Shown here piece after piece: positions 1 through 9,443 of a DNA stretch of 24,673 nucleotides. The notes beneath the pieces are model-generated. The model was not told the origin of the DNA, searched no databases, and saw only the letters and a program-made list of their open reading frames with translations. The stretch comes from Paraspadella gotoi. Taxonomy: Eukaryota; Animalia; Chaetognatha. The position numbers were made by a program, and so were the translations under genes. The DNA lies in the NCBI GenBank assembly GCA_051294375.1, contig JBJCIZ010000031.1, positions 1 through 24,673 on the forward strand. The letters are read 5' to 3'. The stretch's first letter is position 1. Each line of letters begins with the position of its first letter.

Positions 1-71
1 GAGAATAAGAGAGAGACACACAGAGAGTCAGAAGAGAAGACAGAGAGAGAGAGAGAGAGACAGAGAAGAGA
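1..71. repeat. (GA)n-rich microsatellite / low-complexity flank
   Basis: Interrupted GAGA/CAGA runs seen directly. Confidence 0.85.
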
Positions 72-167
72 CCACAAACAAATATTAGAACGTGATAGAA
101 ATAAAATTAGAATCCTCTATTAACAAAATATTATAGTTGACAATACTCAGTTAACGACTATGATATT

Positions 168-607
168 TGTCGGAAGAAACTTTCGTGGATTCGTTCATCG
201 GCTTTATTCATCAGTGGATTCATTTACAAACCGGACATTTATTCATCTGTGGATTAATTATTCATTAATTATTCATTAATCATTCATTGATTGTTCATCG
301 ATAGTTATGATCGTTTGTTATCTATTTCCTCCTACAGTTATCGTGAATCGTTTATAGTATGATAGGAGAGGTGTTGGGTACTTGGTTCTATTTAAGGTCA
401 TTTGATCATTGTCGTGTTTCCTCCTGATTACAATACAGTGCAGATTCCAGGGTGCTAGACTGTCATGCACGGCTGCCCGTGATCTATCCAAGCCTTATGG
501 TTGTTCCGAGACATTCTCCACCCTGTGACGTTCCGTGTCACCCCTCTGATCTATCACCGTCCTCATCGCCCATCAGTTAGGGGGTACACAGGATTCGCCC
601 CCTAACA
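168..607 (+). repeat. 5' LTR of element A (440 bp)
   Basis: TG...CA termini; matches 12538-13435 apart from the tandem insertion and mostly 1-bp indels. Confidence 0.96.
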
Positions 608-608
608 T

Positions 609-618
609 TTGTGCATCG
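609..618 (+). promoter_or_regulatory. Primer-binding site, tRNA-Gly(GCC) type, one mismatch
   Basis: TtGTGCATCG 1 nt after the LTR; element B has TGGTGCATCG, the complement of the tRNA-Gly(GCC) 3' end ...CGAUGCACCA. Confidence 0.8.
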
Positions 619-1289
619 TCCTCTTTCCACACTGTGTGGAGAATCCGTGTGTGTTGTATATTTGCCACTCCTCTCTTTGGAGTGTTGCTTCATTGTCTTT
701 TAGCCTATTGAGTCAACCCTGAGGTTCTGCAAATTTTATAACCACAAACATCCATCAGCAGTGCTGTCGTTGTGATAGCCCTCCATGGGTTCGTCAGTGC
801 TGTGAAGAAAAATATTCTTTTCATCAATTTTCATTCGTGAGCTTCGCCTGGATCTTGCCGCTGAAGCCAGGCATTGTTTGTGCTTAAGACCTGGTTGGTC
901 TGACAGAGGACATTGTGCTGTTTCACGCTCTTGAGGTTCCTTTGTGGATCTATTCTGCCAAGTCGCACGACGTGCTATGGACGACGTGGCCCTGAGACCC
1001 TATAGAGGCTCATCCTTTTAGAAGTCGGAGGGAGTTAAGCTCGGCTATCTCCTTCTTGTGGCACGACTCCACTTCGCTTTTAGTAAATCCGCCACTGCTA
1101 TTAGCACGGTGCTTCCCATATTATCCCAAAATCCGCGGTACCCTTATCGTTTTTCAATTCCAATAGTGCGGAGATTCATCCTGGTGAGTGCTGAGCTCAC
1201 TTCCCTAAGCGACAAGAAAAGGAGTTGGCCCTGTCTGATCTCCTGGCGGATCGGTTCCATGGGATTTTACGCCGCTAGGATTACTCTAA

Positions 1290-2842
1290 GGTTCCGCGTA
1301 CAAACGTTGCATTTCGGGAAAAAACACTCTTTCCACTATTGTTCAGTTGTTACTTACAATAATGATTAACTTTGTACCACAACACAAATTAGGCCGAACG
1401 AAGGATTGGTTAAGAACATCTCCACCCGTTTCCAATGATAAAATAGTACCATTTTGGCAACTTTTAGCCAAAAAAATTATGTCCATTTTTGTCCATTTTT
1501 ACTTGCGACTTCTGATTTGAATGCCAAGGAAAGTTGAGAAAAATTTTTACTTTGGAAATCCGTTCTTTCTTATCTTCTTTACCTCTGGGTAAATTTATTA
1601 GCTTAAATCATTTATAGTTTGCCTATGAATTAATTTGAAAGTTAACGTCAAAAAGTTGGAGTTTCAGTCTTTATCATAATTTGTTAAACAAAAATGAATC
1701 AAATTGGTTGAAATTAACAGAAAATATAGCCTATTGAATAAGCTTTTAACACCTATAAAATTATCAAAAAAACTTTTTTGGTTTAGCCACAAATAATTTT
1801 TAAGACGTCTTTTAATTTGTGACTTTTTGTGATTTGCATTTATTTTTGATAAAGAGAATATTTTCAACTCATTTATTAGTTTTAAAAGATGAGGTACATA
1901 CTGACCTTGATTAATTAAAAAAAACCGCATCCTTTTAACCCAATGGAAAGTGTCAGGACTTGTTTTTTCTCAGAATCGACAGATTTTGCGAAAAATTTTT
2001 CCGTAAAAATCTGTCGATTTACTAAATTTGCTAGGCAACCAAAATTGAAAGAAAAATCATGCGCTACCGTTCATTTTCTTTCTTATAATGAATCTAAGAA
2101 TTTTTTATCGATTTGGTTCAGTATAAATGAAGAAAATAAGTTAAAGGAAAGAGGAAAGGGAGAACAAGAAAAGAAGAAGGGGAATATGAGAGAGAATGAG
2201 GTGAAAAAATGAAAAAGAGAAGGCAAAGGGGATAAAAGTCGAGAGATAAAGGTAAGGCGGGAAAGGAGGGGGGGAATTTAAAGAAAAAGAAGGGGAAAGA
2301 AGGGAAGGAGAGAATAAGAAAAAAAAAAGATAAGGAAAATGGAGGAGAAGCAGGGAAAGGTAGGGGGTAAAAAAATGGAAAGAGAGGTCGTGATATGAAA
2401 GGGAGGAAAGAGGTTAGAAAAAATGAAAAGCTGTGAAGAAGAAAGGTAACGAGAAAGAATAACAGAGAGGATATGAGAAGGAAAAAATGGTAACAGATAT
2501 TGTGGTGTCTTTTCTGAATAGTTTGCTCTAAATAAAAGATACAAAATTATTATAGGGAATTCGATCTTTAAAAGTTTTCTGTACCATGAAAATTCATACA
2601 TACTTTTTTTAAAACTAAGGAAGTTAATGAGATTAGATTGATAAGCATCGAAGAAATCTTGTCTTACCGTATTTTTAACTCATAGAATTTTATCTGGGAC
2701 GTACTATGTCATAAGAGGAAGATAACTATAGCCTACCGTTTTTTTAAATGAAGAAAGATTCATACTAGTCAATGAGATCATAGAGATGACGTAATTAAGT
2801 TCAGATTCCATTGTCTAAAAGAGTCTGATTGTAGGCGGAACC
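1290..2842. mobile_element. Non-autonomous TIR DNA transposon (~1.55 kb) nested in the element A leader
   Basis: Termini GGTTCCGCGTACAA / TTGTAGGCGGAACC (13/14 inverted match) flanked by CTAA at 1286-1289 and 2843-2846. Removing it gives GGATTACTCTAAACGAG, gaplessly collinear with element B AGATTGCCTTGAACGAG. No transposase ORF. Confidence 0.88.
2125..2490. repeat. Polypurine (A/G) low-complexity tract inside the nested TIR element
   Basis: Almost pure A/G on the + strand. Confidence 0.8.
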
Positions 2843-3130
2843 CTAAACGAGTTGGAAATCTTTTATTACTTCAGATGTTAGATGAGTCGGCCCTGTAACC
2901 CAACACCTCTACCTATTGAAAGACTGGTTTTTATTGGTTTTTATGAACTTTTTATCAACAATTTTTAAGAGCATCGCTATTCTGCATTTGATTTTATTTT
3001 GTTTTTATCTCTGAACATTTTATCTGCTAATTAAACTTCTACAATAAGCCGGGGATCATATTATTTTCGTTGGCACATTTCTGCTAACATCTTTTAAATT
3101 ATTTAACTTGTATAAATCACTACATTTAAA

Positions 3131-4384
3131 ATGGCATCAACATCTACTTCCACCGCCACACGTTCAGACGTTGCTGATAAAGCCGTCACTTCTATTCCTA
3201 TTTCCAATTTTGATTCTGAGAATGATGACTTCGAAGAATGGATTGAACTTTTCGAAAATGCGGTTATTATTGCTACTAACCCATCTACGGAAGATAGGAA
3301 AAACCTTAAGCTTCTGCATTGGCTTCCTTTGAAACTTGACGATCGTACAAGAGAAATGTATAAACAAAGAACCGAAACCACCTATCCAGCTATCAAAAAC
3401 GAGATGGCCAAGCTTTTCTACGATCCTCAAGAAGCTTACCGCTGGCAAGCGAAGAAGTCTACCGTCGTGTGGGATGGCAAGGAATCACTCCATGCCCTCG
3501 CTGCTAGAATTATAAAGAAAGTCAAGAAATATGACAAAACCTTAAATGATGAAGGTAAAGCTCGCGAACAATTCTTTAGGTTTAGGTTAGCATTAACTAA
3601 AACAAAACGCGACGCTATTGACCTTGGTTGTGGAGAAGAATCGAGAACGATTGAAGAAGCCAAAAAGATTGCGCTGCGTGTGCAGCTCACCCAAGAAGAA
3701 GAAGATTCCAGCAAAAGCAAAAGTGTAACATTTACTGGTCCAGCTATGTCGGATGACCGAATCGCCCAACTTGAAAGGATGGTAGCTGGAATGGCAACAA
3801 GCCTTGATAACTTCAAATCTGAAGTAAGGGCTGAAATTAGAGAAAAAGAATCTAAGAAAGATGATAAGTTTGTAAATTACGATAGATCCCGCGATGGAGA
3901 TAGGGAGAGTCGCAGGTATCAAAACCGTGGTAGTCCTTCTACTTCTCCAAATTACAACAGAAATCGTGGTCGAGATCAATATCGCAATAATTATGGACGA
4001 AGACCGAGCTACTCTCCTAGAGGTAGAAGCAACAGTTATGGGAGTCAAGACAGAAATGATCGTCGTTTCCACCGCTATGAAGATAGGCAACGCAATGAGC
4101 GTCGCGACGAACGTGGAAATTATAGAGACAATCGCTCTGATTCTCGCGACAATCGTCGTGATGACCGCCGTGATGATCGTCGTGATGACCGCCAAGACCG
4201 CTGTGATAACCGTCAAGATGATCGACGCAGCAGCAGAGACCGTTACAGAGCTGCTCTGACATCCGACGAAGGCAGTTCCTTTGACGACAGCGACGAAGAA
4301 GCAATCCGTAGTTTAATGAAAGAGAGGAAGAAAGCTAAAGCGAAAGCAAAAGAATACCGCTCGGGAAGTCAGTCGGGAAACTGA
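3131..4384 (+). CDS. gag: Gag (417 aa) with Arg/Asp-rich C-terminal region and no CCHC knuckle
   Basis: Position before pol; F-D-S-E-N-D-D-F-E-E-W-I-E-L-F-E retrotransposon-gag-type N-terminus; clear homology to 21489-22694. Confidence 0.9.
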   Translation: MASTSTSTATRSDVADKAVTSIPISNFDSENDDFEEWIELFENAVIIATNPSTEDRKNLKLLHWLPLKLDDRTREMYKQRTETTYPAIKNEMAKLFYDPQEAYRWQAKKSTVVWDGKESLHALAARIIKKVKKYDKTLNDEGKAREQFFRFRLALTKTKRDAIDLGCGEESRTIEEAKKIALRVQLTQEEEDSSKSKSVTFTGPAMSDDRIAQLERMVAGMATSLDNFKSEVRAEIREKESKKDDKFVNYDRSRDGDRESRRYQNRGSPSTSPNYNRNRGRDQYRNNYGRRPSYSPRGRSNSYGSQDRNDRRFHRYEDRQRNERRDERGNYRDNRSDSRDNRRDDRRDDRRDDRQDRCDNRQDDRRSSRDRYRAALTSDEGSSFDDSDEEAIRSLMKERKKAKAKAKEYRSGSQSGN

Positions 4385-4417
4385 AGCCCGATCCTGCTAT
4401 GGGTCAAGCGGAGATCG
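4375..4417 (+). promoter_or_regulatory. -1 programmed ribosomal frameshift signal
   Basis: G_GGA_AAC (4375-4381) just before the gag TGA; 7-nt spacer; stem CGATCCTGCT/AGCGG-A-GATCG; pol is in the -1 frame; conserved in element B. Confidence 0.88.
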
Positions 4418-7400
4418 AAGAAAGCGTGACCCCAGATGAAATCCCCAAATGGAAAGCTGAATTTATGATAAGAATAAACGGTGAAAAAATCGCCACTCTT
4501 GGTGATACTGGCTGTACGAGAAGTTGTATTAGCGAAGAGTTCCTTAGAGATAATCCTAAATTAAAAGATAGTAGCTTTCGCCCTTTCTCATCTCGTGGAA
4601 GAGCAATAAACGGTACTAAAGTTTTAACAATAGGAATAGTTAATGTAAAGTTTAGAGTAGATAATACTTATCTTCGTATGAATTGTAGAGTAATAAAAGG
4701 CTTAGTTCAACCCATCATCCTAGGTTGGGATTTCTTTTCAAAATATTCCGCCTCGTTGTGCCCTTCTGAGGGGCGCCTCAAATTCCTTGGTAACAAATCA
4801 GTGCCTCTTATCGAGAACTCTCATAGTATTTCGGGATGTTACTATCAAGTCCCAGAAGATGTGGTGATACCTGGCTTATCAAAAATGCACCTCGATGCAG
4901 AGTTAAAACTAGATAGTAACCACTTATCTCAAGCCTCTAAGACTGTTGTCACAGATCCCTTTCAAACCCACGGTCACGTTTGGGCTTGCAGAGCTTGTGC
5001 CCATGTTGAAAATGGAAAATTTATGACAGAAATTATGAACTGTAGTCCAGTTAGTATGAAATTGGAAGCTGGCCACATCTTAGGCTATGTAGAATTCTCA
5101 GATGATGATTCTTTTAACAACTCCTCAGTTGAGACAGACATGCTTTGCAGTTATGCAAGCAGTGATTCGGCATATGAATCTGCTGAAGATAGTCAACTAG
5201 AGGATGAAGGAAGCAACTTGGAGGAAGTCCAGATAGACCCTCCACCAAATAAAAACCCTGACAAATCACCTAAATCGATTAAAACTGTCTCTTGACTACT
5301 CTGAAATGTGTGAAGAAGCTTTACCCTTTAAAGATAGACTTAAAGACCTTTTGGAGAATAAACATGCAAAAGTGTTTTCTAAACATAGTAGAGATTATGG
5401 TAGAACCAATCTCATACAATATAGAGCGAATCTCAAAGACGAGAATGCTCCACCTATTGCTGTCCCCCCATATCGCACAAGACCCGAAATGAGAGATGTT
5501 ATTGATAAGCAAGCATTTGAGATGATTGCAGATGGTTTACTAAGCCCTTCGACGAGTCCTTACTCGGCCCCAATCTTACTTGTAAAAATGAAGTCCGGTG
5601 GATGGCGTTTCCTCACCGACTTCAGAAAAGTCAACGAACGCTGCAATAAAGTTGTATATCCTTTACCAAGAATTGAAGATTCACTTCAGCGTCTAGATAA
5701 CCCAAGGATTTTTAGTTCCATGGATCTAACCAAAGGATTTTGGCAAATACCAATCCATCCAGATGACAGAAAATTCTTCGCCTTCTCTACTGAATCCATG
5801 CACCTTGAGTATCAGGTAGCCCCAATGGGTGCTAAAAACTCTCCTAGCTGTTTATGTGCTTTAATGCAGTTAGTCTTGCGTGGCCTGCCCCCGCAACACG
5901 TAATCAGCTATATGGATGACATATTGGTTGCAGATAGCAATATGGAGGACCATCTAAAGCATATTGATCAAGTGCTCACAGCCCTTGAAGGAGCTGGACT
6001 CAAACTTAACCCATCCAAGTGCAAATTTGCCCACGAGTCTGTAGTCTGTTTAGGCCACAAACTATCCAGTCAGGGCATTGCTCCTGACCCCGCCAATGTG
6101 GAGAAGATAAAATCCTGGTCTGCACCAGAGAATGCAAAACGTCTTAAGACTTTTCTGGGCTTGACCGGATACTACAGACAATATGTCAAAAATTACAGTA
6201 AATTGGCTCAGCCCCTGACGGATCTTACCCAAGAAGGTACAAAATGGTGTTGGAATGAGACACACCAAAAAGCATTTGATGAATTAAGGAACAATCTAAT
6301 TTCGGATAAGATCATGAGCTATCCTGACTTTGCTAAACCATTCATTGTGAAGAGTGATGCTTCACTAACCGCGATTGGGTATGTACTAACCCAAAAAGTA
6401 GATAGGAAAGAGAAAGTCATTTGTTATGGCTCAAAGAAATTGTCCAAACCCCAACAAAAATGGTCAACGTATGATCGCGAATTTTTCGCTCTTCTTTGCG
6501 CCATAAGGGCAAACTCGCATTATCTAAGACATGCATCCTTTATTGCAATCACCGATCACAGGCCATTATTATCATGGAAGAAGGTGGATGCGAAGAAGGA
6601 TGCCACCGGTAGACGCACACGATGGGCAATAGAACTCGATCAGTATGATTTTGAACTCCAATACAAACAGGGAAAAATCCATTCTGATGCGGACGCTATG
6701 AGTAGAAGAGGCGAAGATGACGAAGAACCCTGCGAAGAAGACGAATATACATATGCGGAAGACTGTACACTGTTAGGCATAGATTCTCTTGATGATTACA
6801 ACATGGTGAATCTTAACGCGGAGGAAGACTGCTCACGCCTTAAATCGGAGCAACAAGATGATCCAATTATCTCGGAAGTTGTGGACTTTGTGAAAATGCG
6901 TAAACGGCCTCCTAGAGCATTTCCTGAGAAATTGTACCTAAGGAATTTCAATAGATTTACAGTCGTTAAAGGTGCTTTATTTCGCAAAGGATTTAATAAA
7001 GGTATTAATTCACCCGTACTTCAAGCTGTTTTGCCGGATTCACTGGTCCATGAGGCTTTAAAAGATTCCCATGGCTCCGTCTTATCGGGCCACCCAAGTA
7101 ATTCGAGAATGCAAGATAAGATTAAAAGGTATGCTATTTGGCCTTCAATTGGAAAAGACGTTAGCGAATTTATTCGTAACTGTGCAATTTGCGATAAAAT
7201 GCGCGAACCCCAACCTAAAATAAAAACACTGCTACAGCCTATTATAGCAGATAATGTATTCGACCATGTAGTTTGTGATCTTTTGCAACTGCCGGTCGCT
7301 CCTGGAAACTTTAAATATGTTCTGGTATTTAAGGATGTCTTTTCTGGTTACATTAAATTGTACAAATTAAGAAATAAAAAATCAATTGGTATTGCAAAGG

Positions 7401-8869
7401 CATTTGAAAATTTGGTCTGTTTTTCCGGACCACCGAAACTGCTAACCTCAGACAACGGTGGTGAATTTGTCTCAGAAGTGATGGAAGCGACATGCAAAGT
7501 ACTTGGGACAAAGAAAAGAACCAGTGTCGCGTATAGGCCCCAATCACAGGGAAATGTAGAAAGGCAAAACAGGACCCTCATTAAGGATCTTACCAAACGT
7601 CTACAACAATACGGCAAGTCGTGGGTTGATCATTTACCATATGTTGAATGGACGTACAATACAACGTCGATCGCTAAGAATGAAATGTCCCCATTCCTCC
7701 TATTTTTCGGAAGACCTCCGCCGCTACCTCAAACTGCCGCAGGAGGTTAGGTTAAAGCAAAATGTAAATCCCTTACAGAATATATCCAACATATGCGTCA
7801 GAGAGTGAAAGAAACTAAAGAAACTGCTCAAGCAAGAGAAAAAGATTCGCGCCTTAAAGAAGAAGACAGATATAATAGAAAAGCAAAAGGTACCCCTTTA
7901 AAGGAAGGAGATTGGGTTTATGAAAGAGTCCCGGACGAAAGACGGGACAAACTGGACCCGCGTTGGCGCGGTCCTCTTGCAGTTAAAGAAAGACGACTAG
8001 GCCCACGAGGCTCGCCTGGAACAACATATATATGTGAAGACGAATATGGTAAGAAAGTACGTCGAAATAGAGAACAATTGAAAATTGTAAATGCGAGCTA
8101 TGACAAGATGATGGACATACCATTAAAACACGAACAACCAGCATTAAATCCAATTTATGCGGTAATTAATACATCCTCCAATATGGCGAGCGGACTCCCC
8201 GCTCCACCAGAACCAACTAATCTTATCGAACCAACTCAGCCAGGCTTACCACTGGAACCAATTGAAGCTAACCAACCAACGGAACCTCCAGAGGATCGCG
8301 AAGCTCTACTTAGACGTTTACAAGAAAGCACAATCCGTTTACGTACTCTACTTCCTGCGGAAAACCTTCGGCCTGCCAGGGATGAAGAGCCTGATATTGT
8401 GTTCCTTGGAGAGTTCCCTAGACAGCGAAGCCAAAGTGCACCGCGTTTCTCATACTTTCGAAGCAAAAATATACGCAGTGGACTGGAAAAGATTAAATCT
8501 ACTCTGAAAATAAATATTCTTGATACTCAAGAAACCGTTACTAACAATATTATAGAGAATACGGGTTTGAGAAATCGCTCAAGGTCCGTTAGTAATGCCC
8601 AGATGCATTTTTCTATAAATGACTTAGTTGAGAGTGGCATAACCCCTCCTAATCAATCAACTTCTGATCAAACACCTCAAAATCCTACACTTTCAAGGTT
8701 ACCATCGCCTCACCCGCTTGTAAAACAATTCAGTTCTAAAAGTAGAACTCCTAAAAAGTCACCTCAAGAAGATCTTATTTATAGACGAAGCAATAGAATA
8801 AGAGCAATTACCGAACGAAATTCCTCAACACAAATAGATCCATTATTAACTAGTACACCCAGAAAATAA
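4375..8869 (+). pseudogene. pol: Pol polyprotein PR-(dUTPase-like)-RT-RNaseH-IN with one frameshift (~5280) and one in-frame TAG (7748-7750)
   Basis: LGDTGC/ILGWDF protease; YMDD RT; SDAS, DREF, TDHRPL, DADAMSR RNase H; H-H-C-C, CDLL/SDNG/VER and WRGP integrase. ORF pieces 4399-5295, 5306-7750 and 7793-8869. Confidence 0.95.
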
Positions 8870-9443
8870 ATTTTTTTGCGGATCCTCGTCTCATTGTTTT
8901 TTACGTTTTTACCTCGTGATTTTATTCCATTTTTATCGACTTTTTAGATAGATTCATGATAGCTAAACTTTTACCATAGTCTAAAAGATTGATCAATCAT
9001 AGTTAATTCTAAATAAAACATGTATTAAAGTAGTCCACCACAGTCTTGGGGACAACATTTTATCGTATTTAGTATAGATATTCCTGTAGAGAAAAAATTT
9101 TGAAATTCAATTTGCAATACTTGTGGACCCTTTTGACGAGATTAACTATGCTTTTTCGCCCTTAAGGAAATTGGAAATTTTCTTGGAATTATTATGTTGA
9201 AAAATGTTTGAATGCCTGGGACGCGACGCCTGACGCTTGTAAAATTCCAGTAGAATAATTTCTTCTTTATTTTTTGGCGTTTTAGCCAAATGTATATCTC
9301 GCGTCAGCTATGCATATTCAGTTTAGCTATGGATTTCACATCTTGCTCGTTATTTTGTCATAATTTAAATGTTTGATCTTAATCAATCACTCTTGCCTAT
9401 ATTTTAGGTTTTTTAGTTCGATATTTAAAAACAGTTAAACGAA

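Noticed and set aside
1664-2601. Short ORFs in the nested TIR element as a transposase
   Set aside because: Low-complexity K/E- or F/L-rich translations with no DDE or DNA-binding motifs.
3436-4304. Antisense and alternate-frame ORFs over gag (also 21557-22292)
   Set aside because: Shadows of the repetitive Arg/Asp codons; no independent evidence.
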